NCBI GenBank assembly: GCA_002435705.1
Contig: DIVA01000052.1
Location: forward strand, 89,936-153,935
Reading direction: 5' to 3'
Origin: Bacteriovoracaceae bacterium UBA6144
GTDB lineage: Bacteria > Bdellovibrionota > Bacteriovoracia > Bacteriovoracales > Bacteriovoracaceae
Length of the DNA stretch: 64,000 nucleotides
A model generated the notes under the pieces. The model did no database searches, was not told the DNA's origin, and saw only the letters and a list, made by a program, of their open reading frames with translations. The position numbers and the translations under genes are program-made. The stretch's first letter is position 1; each line of letters opens with the position of its first letter. Shown piece by piece: positions 1-8,147 of this stretch.

Positions 1-90
1 GATCAATAATCTCCTCTTTAGGTAAGTAAAATTTACTCAACGGGCCCTCCTTCACTAGGGAGCGAGTGTGAGAAATGCTAGAAGTTTGCC

Positions 91-2250
91 ATGCAAATCA
101 ACGTCCGTTTCCTCGAAAATTTACGTCTAGAAGCCGCCTTTGATGACTTCAAAGTCATCGCCGATCAACCTATCCGCTACAAAGGCGATGGCACGGCCCC
201 GGGGCCCTTTGATTATTTCCTCGCCTCCTCAGCCTTGTGTGCAGCGTATTTTGTTAAAATTTACTGCGTGGCCCGAAATATTTCAACCGATGACATCAAG
301 GTCACGCAAGACAACATCGTGGATCCGGACAACCGCTACAATCAAACTTTCAATATCGAGATTGAGCTGCCCGAAGGCATTAGTGAGAAGGATCGCGAGG
401 GGATGATCGCGGCGATGGATCGCTGTACGGTGAAGCGCGTGATTCAAAATACTCCCACCTTCAAGATCACTCCTAAAAGTGTACTGGGAAGTGAGAATAA
501 ACTCATCCTTGCGGGGATCGCGAACTTCGATGAACGCACGATCATCCCAGGTAAAGATTCTTCCTTGGAAGAGACTCTGCTGCGCATGACGGCCATGATT
601 GAAGCGCTTGGGATTAAGCTCGAAGTGGCGTCCTGGAGAAATCCGGTGCCCCACGTCTGGTCGGTGCACATCCGTGATGCCGATTCTCCGATGTGTTTCA
701 CCAATGGCAAAGGCGCCACCAAGCCGGCCGCGCTTTGTTCCGCGCTCGGTGAATACCTGGAGCGCTTAAGTACTAATTATTTTTATAGTGATTTTTATCT
801 GCCGGTGGATGATTCGTTTGTACATTATCCAAATGAGAAGTGGTTCACATCCAGTGATGATTCAATCCCACAGGACTTGATGGATCAGCACCTTTTGGAT
901 GTCTACGGCGGTGAAGGGGAGTTGAAACTTTCGAACTTCTTAGACACAAACACTGAGCGCACGGGTGTGTGCGCTCTGCCTTTCGTGCGTCAGTCGGACC
1001 AAAAAACCGTCTTTATCCCGGTGAACTTGATTGCGAATATTTTTGTGAGCAATGGCATGAGTGCCGGCAATACAATCATGGAAGCCCGCGTGCAGGCGCT
1101 CTCGGAAATTTTTGAGCGAGCGGTGAAAAACCAAATCATCACCGAAGAACTCGCGCTGCCCGATGTCCCTCGCTCTGTTTTAGAGCGCTACCCTAAAATC
1201 ATGGAAGGCATCCAGAAGCTCGAAGAGCAGGGTTTTCCCGTGTTAGTCAAAGATGCCTCGCTCGGTGGTCGCTTTCCGGTGATGAACGTGACGCTTATGA
1301 ATCCGCGTAACGGAGGAGTGTTTGCTTCTTTCGGGGCGCATCCGAATTTTGAAGTGGCGCTTGAGCGCACACTGACAGAGCTCTTACAGGGAAGAAGTTT
1401 TGAAGGGCTCAATGATTTATTGCCACCGACACTGAATGAACTCGCCGTGACTGAACATAACAACATCATCGATCACTTCATTGATTCCACGGGAGTGATT
1501 TCTTGGAAGTTCTTTAAAAAGAAGAGTGATTTTGAGTTCGTGGATTGGAGCTTTAAAGGATCAACGCAAGAGGAATTCAACTACCTCATGGGGCTCTTGC
1601 GTGAGATGGAAAAAGAAGTCTACATCGCCGACTACACGGAGCTTGGGGCCTGTGCCACGCGGATTCTCGTACCTGAGTACTCAGAGATTTATCTGCCAGA
1701 AGAAATTATTTGGGATAATCACAACAAGTCTCGCCACTTTAGAGAAGACATCCTTTCGCTCCACTCACTAAGTTCTGAGAGACTTCTAGGACTTGTCACT
1801 CGTTTAGAAGAGAGTGAAATGGATAACTACACTAACATAGGTGAGCTGATCGGTGTGGCCTTCGATGAGAATTCGATCTGGGGTCAACTCACCGTGGGTG
1901 AACTCAAAGCGCTTACCTACTTGGCACTGGGCTCTGTTGAAGAGGCGAAGGTGCACGTCGAGATGCTCTCGACCTTTAGTAACTCACTGCCTGAGCGCAA
2001 AAAATTCTATCAACTCTTGAATGTGCTGGTGGATATTGAGCTCGATGACACGCTCGAGCAGAGCGAGCTTGAAGCTGCACTCACGCGCATGTATGGGGAG
2101 AGTCTCTATCAAGCGGCGCTGGGCTCAGTGACTGGCACCATTAAGTTCTATGGCCTCGCCCCCACGGATCTCAAGCTCTCAGGGCTCGATAAGCACCAGC
2201 GCCTGCTCGAGAGCTACCGCAAGCTTATGCGAGTGCGTCTTAAAAATTAA
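91..2250 (+). CDS. OsmC-domain / YcaO-domain fusion protein (719 aa)
   Basis: ATG-initiated long ORF. The N-terminal ~135 aa is OsmC/Ohr-like with two Cys (SSALCAAYF, MDRCTVKR). The central part is YcaO-like (GKGATKPAALCSALGEYLERLS; SNGMSAGNTIMEARVQALSEIFERAV). The C-terminal tail is helical. Confidence 0.8.
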   Translation: MQINVRFLENLRLEAAFDDFKVIADQPIRYKGDGTAPGPFDYFLASSALCAAYFVKIYCVARNISTDDIKVTQDNIVDPDNRYNQTFNIEIELPEGISEKDREGMIAAMDRCTVKRVIQNTPTFKITPKSVLGSENKLILAGIANFDERTIIPGKDSSLEETLLRMTAMIEALGIKLEVASWRNPVPHVWSVHIRDADSPMCFTNGKGATKPAALCSALGEYLERLSTNYFYSDFYLPVDDSFVHYPNEKWFTSSDDSIPQDLMDQHLLDVYGGEGELKLSNFLDTNTERTGVCALPFVRQSDQKTVFIPVNLIANIFVSNGMSAGNTIMEARVQALSEIFERAVKNQIITEELALPDVPRSVLERYPKIMEGIQKLEEQGFPVLVKDASLGGRFPVMNVTLMNPRNGGVFASFGAHPNFEVALERTLTELLQGRSFEGLNDLLPPTLNELAVTEHNNIIDHFIDSTGVISWKFFKKKSDFEFVDWSFKGSTQEEFNYLMGLLREMEKEVYIADYTELGACATRILVPEYSEIYLPEEIIWDNHNKSRHFREDILSLHSLSSERLLGLVTRLEESEMDNYTNIGELIGVAFDENSIWGQLTVGELKALTYLALGSVEEAKVHVEMLSTFSNSLPERKKFYQLLNVLVDIELDDTLEQSELEAALTRMYGESLYQAALGSVTGTIKFYGLAPTDLKLSGLDKHQRLLESYRKLMRVRLKN

Positions 2251-2330
2251 TTCCCAAACACTTTCATTTTACTATTTATCTTCTTCTCATTTTTTGAGTT
2301 AATTGATTGATTCATTTTTAAGGGGATTTT

Positions 2331-3194
2331 ATGCTCAGGCTCTTTGTTGTCTCTATTCTTATTCTAGGTGTGAGTTGCTCCAAGAAGAGTAAGGAAAATG
2401 TCGTTACCACTTCTCCCGCCCCGCAAGAGTCGAAGGCTCCGCCTGAGACTGTCACTCAACCAGCAGCTGAAACTAAAACGGAAACTAAAGCGGAAACTAA
2501 AACTAAGACGAGTGAACAGTTCGCAAATCCTGCTCAAGAGGCGAAGCCTGTGCCCTCTCCAGAAAAGCCCCAGACCCAACCTCCAGTCAAGGCCGAGGTG
2601 AAGGAGGCGGCAAAGCCTGCAGCTGAGCCCCGTAACCAGCAGACGATCACATTGGCCGCAGGGCAGTTTAAGACTATGGAATTCTCTGGTAACACCAGAC
2701 CATTAGTGAACGGCGGTACTTCTCAGGTCTTTAAGCTCTCTGACATCTCACGCCTCAAACTCTTGGGCGTGAGGTTCGAGTTGAATCTCTCTAAGGTTCC
2801 GCTCGATCACATCATCTCCTACTCTTATGCTGGTCGCTTTGATATTTATCTCACTACAGATACCGGTCTAAGAAAGATCTGCGGAGAAGGATTCGCCGAA
2901 ACCCCTGTGCAGGTGAAGGGGAGAAAGCCCGGAAGACCTTTTGAGATTACTTTTCCTCGTGTTCTTCTCTCAAGCTTCATGGGAGAAGATGATTGTGCCA
3001 CCAGTGTATCAAAATCCAATCTTACCCCTCCTGTGGTCTACTCCATCGCTCCTGTAAATGGCAAAACGCAGCTGGAAGTTTTCATTCACGAACCGATTCA
3101 AATCAGCATTACAGATCACCTCAATGAGGCGGTGGCCCCTGAGACCTATCCCGTGGGGTTTAATGTGATTCTTCAGACTGAGATCTCAAACTGA
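2331..3194 (+). CDS. secreted/lipoprotein-like hypothetical protein with low-complexity Pro/Glu/Lys/Thr linker
   Basis: Signal peptide MLRLFVVSILILGVSCSKK with Cys after the hydrophobic core. ETKT/ETKA repeats and a PEKPQTQPP linker are followed by a globular C-terminal domain. AAGGGG RBS upstream. Confidence 0.6.
   Translation: MLRLFVVSILILGVSCSKKSKENVVTTSPAPQESKAPPETVTQPAAETKTETKAETKTKTSEQFANPAQEAKPVPSPEKPQTQPPVKAEVKEAAKPAAEPRNQQTITLAAGQFKTMEFSGNTRPLVNGGTSQVFKLSDISRLKLLGVRFELNLSKVPLDHIISYSYAGRFDIYLTTDTGLRKICGEGFAETPVQVKGRKPGRPFEITFPRVLLSSFMGEDDCATSVSKSNLTPPVVYSIAPVNGKTQLEVFIHEPIQISITDHLNEAVAPETYPVGFNVILQTEISN
2469..2504 (+). repeat. 3 x 12-nt in-frame tandem repeat (GAAACTAAARCN) encoding ETKT-ETKA-ETKT
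   Basis: Read directly: GAAACTAAAACG / GAAACTAAAGCG / GAAACTAAAACT, in frame with the 2331 ORF. Confidence 0.9.
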
Positions 3195-3263
3195 GAACTA
3201 CTTCAATACTGGATTAATGATTTTAGTCAGGTATATGACTCCTGCTTGTCGTCCTCACTTATC

Positions 3264-3285
3264 CATATTATGATTTTATAATATG
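3264..3285. promoter_or_regulatory. perfect 8-bp inverted repeat CATATTAT-N6-ATAATATG overlapping the arsR-like start codon; candidate autoregulatory operator
   Basis: Read directly. The right arm contains the ATG at 3283. ArsR/SmtB repressors typically bind AT-rich dyads at their own promoters. Confidence 0.35.
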
Positions 3286-3591
3286 AATACGTCCCCTAAC
3301 CAAATGAAAGAAAACTGCCAAGAGGTGGCTTCTTTACTTAAAACCATCGCGCATCCTCAGAGATTGATGATTCTGTGTCATTTAGCTCAAGCAGAGATGA
3401 GTGTCTCTGAGTTACAATCCGAATGCACTATCTCCCAGTCACAGGTCTCGCAGTTTTTACTTCGCATGACCAAGCAAGGTTTGCTGACCTCCCGTCGCGA
3501 AGGGAACTTTATCTACTATCGCCTCTCTGACCCCAAAACGATTAAACTCATGAAATCCATGAATAAAATATTCTGTGAACAACCTAAGTAA
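3283..3591 (+). CDS. ArsR/SmtB-family transcriptional regulator (SqrR/BigR-like candidate persulfide sensor)
   Basis: Winged-HTH signature ASLLKTIAHPQRLMILCHL...SVSELQSECTISQSQVSQFLLRMTKQGLL..REGNFIYYRL. Cys32 and Cys98 are 66 residues apart. First gene of an operon that contains sqr. Confidence 0.8.
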   Translation: MNTSPNQMKENCQEVASLLKTIAHPQRLMILCHLAQAEMSVSELQSECTISQSQVSQFLLRMTKQGLLTSRREGNFIYYRLSDPKTIKLMKSMNKIFCEQPK

Positions 3592-3601
3592 GGAGTCCTT
3601 T

Positions 3602-3799
3602 ATGCAAAAAAATATTCACCCCATCGAGAGAGCCGTTCGTGTCGCCGGCGGAGCCTTCATCGCGAGCCTCGCCTTTTGGGGACCAGCCAATCTTTGGTTT
3701 CTGGTTGGACTCGTTCCCGTGGCCACTGGCTTGATGGGTTGGTGCCCGCCCTATCAACTCTTGGGGATCAATACCTGTAAGCTTGGTAAAAAAGCCTAG
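3602..3799 (+). CDS. DUF2892 (YgaP-type) small membrane protein
   Basis: ATG at 3602 lies 6 nt after an AGGAG RBS; the track start at 3575 is a less likely upstream extension. Motifs ERAVRVAGGAFI and GWCPPYQLLGINTC, with two TM helices. Confidence 0.65.
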   Translation: MQKNIHPIERAVRVAGGAFIASLAFWGPANLWFLVGLVPVATGLMGWCPPYQLLGINTCKLGKKA

Positions 3800-3808
3800 G
3801 GAATTGAA

Positions 3809-4408
3809 GTGAAAGAGGTGTGGAATGAGCGCTATGGGAAGAGTGACTATTTTTATGGCACACTTCCCAACGTGTATTTAGAAGCGAGTGTAAAAAAACT
3901 CAAGCCTGGGGGCTCAGTTCTTTGCATCGGTGAGGGAGAAGGGCGAAACGCCGTTTTTCTCGCAAGCCTTGGCTTCAAGGTCTCTGCTGTGGATTTCTCG
4001 GAGAGTGGCAAAACCAAAGCCCTCACCCTGGCCCAGCAAAAGGGAGTGACTCTTGAGTACCACATCTCTGATCTCTCCATTTTTGAGTTTGGAGTCGACA
4101 AGTGGGACGCGGTGGTTTCTATTTTCTGCCATCTCCCGGTCAGTATCCGCTCCCTTGTTCATGGAAAGATTGTGTCATCGCTTAAAAAGGGTGGCATTTT
4201 TGTTTTGGAGTCTTACAACCCCGAGCAGTTAAGTTTTGGCACCGGTGGCCCCAAGGATGTTTCCATGCTCTACACGCCCAGCATGATGCAAGAAGATTTT
4301 AAGGGCATGCACTGGCTTGAGCTTGAGAGTCAGATCACGGAGCTGCATGAAGGCCCAGGCCATGAGGGCAAGAGTTCAGTGCTGCGAGGGCTCGCGCAAA
4401 AAAATTAA
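3809..4408 (+). CDS. class I SAM-dependent methyltransferase (TehB-like small-molecule MT)
   Basis: Motif I VLCIGEGEGRNAVFLASLGFKVSAVDFS, post-I acidic residue, LKKGGIFVLE motif. GTG start. Confidence 0.7.
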   Translation: MKEVWNERYGKSDYFYGTLPNVYLEASVKKLKPGGSVLCIGEGEGRNAVFLASLGFKVSAVDFSESGKTKALTLAQQKGVTLEYHISDLSIFEFGVDKWDAVVSIFCHLPVSIRSLVHGKIVSSLKKGGIFVLESYNPEQLSFGTGGPKDVSMLYTPSMMQEDFKGMHWLELESQITELHEGPGHEGKSSVLRGLAQKN

Positions 4409-4419
4409 AAGGATAAATT

Positions 4420-5604
4420 ATGAAAAAAAGAATTCTCATCGTAGGCGCGGGTACCGCAGGACTCACTGTCGCGGCACAGTTAGTGAATAAACTTGGCAGT
4501 AATGTGGACATCACAATTTTTGACCCGCAAGAGACTCACTACTATCAACCCATGTGGACACTTGTGGGTGCTGGTGTGTTTAATTTTGATCAAAGTTCAA
4601 AACCTAATAAAAATTTTATTCCTGAAGGTGTCAATTGGGTGAAGCAGAAAGTGGAAAGCTTTCAGCCCGACGCTAAAACCATCACCACTCAAGATGGCAC
4701 CGTCTGGACTTATGAATTTTTGATCGTCGCCTCTGGCATCCAGCTTGACTGGCACAAGATCAAAGGCATGCCTGAGGCCTTAAAGGCTGAGGGGGTTTGT
4801 TCCAACTACGATCCCAATGGGGGAGCGAGCAAAACCTTTAAAGAAGTCTCTAAGCTTGGCGGTGGTCGAGCGATCTTCACTCAACCAGCTCTACCCATCA
4901 AGTGCGCCGGTGCCCCTCAGAAGGCAGCCTACATGAGTGATGATTATTGGCGCAGAAGTGGAGTGAGAGATCGCATCGAGGTGGTGTTTGCGAATCATGG
5001 TCCACGCATTTTTGGAGTAGAAAAATATAAAAAAGCACTGGATCAGGTGATCGCTCGTAAAGGCATCAACCCTCACTACTCTCACAATCTGATCGAGGTG
5101 CGAACAGCGACCAAAGAAGCGGTCTTTGAACGAGCCGACAAAGAGCAGGTGGTGATGAAGTATGACCTCCTGCATGTGGTTCCTCCACAGAGTGCTCCTG
5201 ATTACATTAAAAAAAGTCCCTTGGCCGATGCCGCTGGTTGGGTGGAGGTGGATAAATTCACGCTCCAGCACAAACGTTTTGCGGATGTGTTTGCCCTGGG
5301 GGATTGCTCCAGTCTACCAACCTCTCGCACCGGAGCAGCTGTTCGTAAACAAGCCCCTGTCTTGGTAGAAAATCTGATTCATCATATCAATGGGCGCACT
5401 CTTGAGGCGCGCTACGATGGCTACACCTCTTGTCCTCTGGTCACCGGAGTCGGGAGTGCCATCATGGCGGAGTTTGACTACGATGGAAATCCTTCAGAGA
5501 CCTTTCCCTTTGATCAGGGCAAAGAGCGCTGGAGCATGTGGATGGTGAAGGCGCATCTGCTGCCCTCACTCTACTGGCATGGAATGCTGAGGGGGCGCGC
5601 CTAA
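4420..5604 (+). CDS. sqr: type II sulfide:quinone oxidoreductase (FAD-dependent)
   Basis: N-terminal FAD fold ILIVGAGTAGLTVA. Redox Cys motifs PIKCAGAPQKAAY and LGDCSSLPTSRTGAA resemble eukaryote-type/type II SQR. Confidence 0.8.
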   Translation: MKKRILIVGAGTAGLTVAAQLVNKLGSNVDITIFDPQETHYYQPMWTLVGAGVFNFDQSSKPNKNFIPEGVNWVKQKVESFQPDAKTITTQDGTVWTYEFLIVASGIQLDWHKIKGMPEALKAEGVCSNYDPNGGASKTFKEVSKLGGGRAIFTQPALPIKCAGAPQKAAYMSDDYWRRSGVRDRIEVVFANHGPRIFGVEKYKKALDQVIARKGINPHYSHNLIEVRTATKEAVFERADKEQVVMKYDLLHVVPPQSAPDYIKKSPLADAAGWVEVDKFTLQHKRFADVFALGDCSSLPTSRTGAAVRKQAPVLVENLIHHINGRTLEARYDGYTSCPLVTGVGSAIMAEFDYDGNPSETFPFDQGKERWSMWMVKAHLLPSLYWHGMLRGRA

Positions 5605-6332
5605 TGCGATATCTTCTTTTATGTGCTTTTCTGATCGCGTGTTCTCATCAGAAAGAAACTCATCCAAAGTGGAGTTATGCTGGTGAGAATGCTCCCTATC
5701 ATTGGGGTGAGGTGGATGAGAGTTTTAAGCAATGTGAAACGGGCTCACAGCAATCACCGATCAATCTCGTCAAAGCGAAGGCACAAAATTTTAAGCAAAA
5801 AGTGGCATTCAACTATCAAGATATGCAAGGTGTGGTGGTGAATACAGGGCACGCGCTTGAGATTGATTTTGATAAGAGTGCCTATCTGGTGCTTGATGGT
5901 AAAAAATTTTTCCTGCGTCAGATGCATTTTCATGCCAAAAGTGAGCATGCTCTTAACGGATTGTTTTTTCCCGCGGAACTCCATATCGTGCACGAGTCTG
6001 AAGATCGGCATTTAGCGGTGGTTGGGATATTTATCGAAGTCGATGATGAAAAGTTCGATCGCTTTGGTTTTTTTCAATCACTTCCTGAGGCCGGTCAAAA
6101 GCGGGCCAGCAGTAGTATTCAATTCTCTAAAATCATGAATAACCTGGGTGGTCACTTTTACTATAAAGGCTCCCTGACCACTCCGCCTTGCACAGAGGAT
6201 GTTCATTGGTTGGTGTTTGATCATCACCTTAAACTGAGCTCACTTCAGCTGGAGCGCTTAGCAGCGCTGTATTCAAATAATTACCGCCCTCTCCAGCCAC
6301 TTAAAAAGCAACAGCTCTTCTATGGGCAGTAA
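5604..6332 (+). CDS. alpha-class carbonic anhydrase, lipoprotein/periplasmic
   Basis: ATG at 5604 overlaps the sqr stop (TAATG). Lipobox signal MRYLLLCAFLIAC. Zn ligands in QMHFHAKSEH and ELHIVHE, plus GSLTTPPCTE. The track start at 5538 is an antisense-free upstream extension without a signal peptide. Confidence 0.85.
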   Translation: MRYLLLCAFLIACSHQKETHPKWSYAGENAPYHWGEVDESFKQCETGSQQSPINLVKAKAQNFKQKVAFNYQDMQGVVVNTGHALEIDFDKSAYLVLDGKKFFLRQMHFHAKSEHALNGLFFPAELHIVHESEDRHLAVVGIFIEVDDEKFDRFGFFQSLPEAGQKRASSSIQFSKIMNNLGGHFYYKGSLTTPPCTEDVHWLVFDHHLKLSSLQLERLAALYSNNYRPLQPLKKQQLFYGQ

Positions 6333-8147
6333 CTAGATTTTTTGAATCTCAGGAAATCCCCAAAAAGTTTTAATCAAAAGTCTGGCACAGATCAGACCGT
6401 TGAGTGTCAGACTCAATGAGGTGAGTACCACGAGAAAGGGAGCTCGAATCATGGTTTCTGCAAAGAGAATATCCTCTGCCCAAAAGATGCTAGTGAAGGG
6501 ATAACCCGAGAGTCCGATGAAGGCCAAGAAGAAGGCATAATAGTGCCAGCGGTTATTTTGACTCAGACCATGGAAGCGGTTGAGGCGGATTTGACCGAAG
6601 GGTCTCAGGGCCCACCAGCCCAAAAGACAAAGGGGGATGGCAGAGAGAGCGTAGAGTTGAATTCCTCCCAGCGTGTGAGAATCAAAAACGAAATTCGCGC
6701 TGATGAAGAGCACTTGTGCCAAAAGAAAGAAATTCCAGATCTTCTTTGGAGACTCATAGGAAGACAGGCAGTACAGGCAGATCGTGAGATCGGTTGCAGC
6801 AATGAAATGCGCTACACTCTCCCTGCTGGTTAATTCAGCGGTCATCTGCAAGATGACTAGCGTGAGGGCTGCGAGCAACAAACTCATTACCAGTACACGG
6901 TGGTGGTTCCACAATATTTTGAGTTTTATGAGAGGCAGTGGGAAGAAACCACGCTCAGATGTTGAAATGTATCCTTCCATAAAAGAAAAAATAAAGAGCG
7001 TCGCCTTGAGGCGTCTTCTGAACGAAGAAAGCGGCTTCGGGGTAAGACCGATTGAATGTTGAGTGAGGGTCTTGGCGTGCTCAATCACCACCGAGGGCGA
7101 AATGAGAATCTGATAGCAGCGGTAGAGCGTGTGGAGGGCAAAGTGCACGAGGAAAATCGTTTTGAATCCTAGCGCCAGTTCACACATCATCAGGCTCACC
7201 TGGCGCACCGAGAGGTAGGCGAGCTGGCCTTTAATGGTTGATTGCGTGCGAGCGATGAGGCTGGAAAAAATAATGGTCACCAGTCCAATCCCAAAGATCA
7301 GTGCCTGGGCCCAAGCAAACTGCTCGATCAGCGGCAGCATGCGGTAGATGAGGATCACCCCTCCGTGAATCGAGAGGGCCCCATAAAAGACAGCGCTCGA
7401 AGGGGTGGGCCCTTCCATCGCGCGTGCTGGCCAGTTGAGAAAAGGAAACTGCGCCGACTTACCAAGTGAAGCCAGGATAATCAAACCCACGATTAAGGAG
7501 CCCATCGGTGTGATGACTTGACTCACGTTAGCTGGGTCTTGATGGATGAAGTAGAGGAAGTGACTCGAGTCACTGGAAAGAGTATGGGTTAGGATCGCAC
7601 TAAAGAGCAGGCCCACATCACAGATGCGATAGACCGTAAAAATGCGAAAGGCATTTTTAATGACTCGGGTCCGTTCAAAATAAAAGCCGATGAGAATAAA
7701 TGAGCACAGGCCCACAATCTCCCAGCCCGCAAAGAAGAGATCCAGTGTGCCCGCACAGCTCATGAGCTGGAAGCCGAAGAGGAAGAGATTAATGGTGGCA
7801 AAAAATCTCGCGAAGCCTTTTTCGCGGTGGAGGTAGCTCTGGCTGAAGCGGTTGATGACTAAGAAGAGAAAACCGCTCAAGATGAGATTGAGAAGACTCA
7901 GCTTATCCACAAAAAAATTGAAATCGATGTGGTGCTCCTGCCAGTGCAGGGAGGCGAGGTCAAAGGCTAAATCCTTGGCGCCGTTTTTGAGGTAGAGCCC
8001 GAAGAGGAGAGTCGAGAGGGATAAGTTTAGCAGGGCCCCAGCCAGGCTCAAGCGAGCGATGGTCTTCTCGCTGAGTGATCTCCAAGTGAGGATGATAAAG
8101 AACAGCAGCAGGGGCATAAAAAAGAGCACGACGATAAGAGACCTCAT
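6333..8147 (-). CDS. dabB: DabB, NuoL/MrpA-like proton-pumping membrane subunit of the DAB inorganic carbon transporter
   Basis: 604-aa polytopic protein of the NADH-dehydrogenase subunit 5 / proton antiporter type (GWEIVGLCSFILIGF, SAQFPFLNWPARAMEGPTPSSAVFYG). 4-nt overlap with dabA upstream. Confidence 0.75.
   Translation of the reverse strand: MRSLIVVLFFMPLLLFFIILTWRSLSEKTIARLSLAGALLNLSLSTLLFGLYLKNGAKDLAFDLASLHWQEHHIDFNFFVDKLSLLNLILSGFLFLVINRFSQSYLHREKGFARFFATINLFLFGFQLMSCAGTLDLFFAGWEIVGLCSFILIGFYFERTRVIKNAFRIFTVYRICDVGLLFSAILTHTLSSDSSHFLYFIHQDPANVSQVITPMGSLIVGLIILASLGKSAQFPFLNWPARAMEGPTPSSAVFYGALSIHGGVILIYRMLPLIEQFAWAQALIFGIGLVTIIFSSLIARTQSTIKGQLAYLSVRQVSLMMCELALGFKTIFLVHFALHTLYRCYQILISPSVVIEHAKTLTQHSIGLTPKPLSSFRRRLKATLFIFSFMEGYISTSERGFFPLPLIKLKILWNHHRVLVMSLLLAALTLVILQMTAELTSRESVAHFIAATDLTICLYCLSSYESPKKIWNFFLLAQVLFISANFVFDSHTLGGIQLYALSAIPLCLLGWWALRPFGQIRLNRFHGLSQNNRWHYYAFFLAFIGLSGYPFTSIFWAEDILFAETMIRAPFLVVLTSLSLTLNGLICARLLIKTFWGFPEIQKI

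Noticed and set aside
1-90. AAAGAGGAG on the minus strand near position 10-20, suggesting a divergent gene starting at the left edge.
   Set aside because: The coding part lies outside the window, so it cannot be supported.
140-1771. Several 60-130 aa ORFs in other frames or antisense within the OsmC-YcaO gene (140-406, 283-669, 444-722, 940-1134, 1188-1469, 1526-1771). Analogous shadow ORFs occur inside nearly every long gene, for example 53027-53470, 17893-18237, 58062-58608 and 33573-33926.
   Set aside because: They are fully contained in long ORFs with clear family motifs. They have no RBS or domain signal and show biased, low-complexity composition typical of out-of-frame translation.
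91-3194. YcaO as the core of a thiazole/oxazole or thioamide RiPP cluster.
   Set aside because: No Cys/Ser/Thr-rich small ORF, E1-like partner, TfuA or dehydrogenase lies nearby. The downstream gene is an ordinary lipoprotein.
5538-5603. Upstream extension of the carbonic anhydrase ORF into sqr.
   Set aside because: The extension overlaps the sqr coding end and would bury the lipobox signal peptide. The ATG at 5604 (TAATG coupling) gives a canonical signal.
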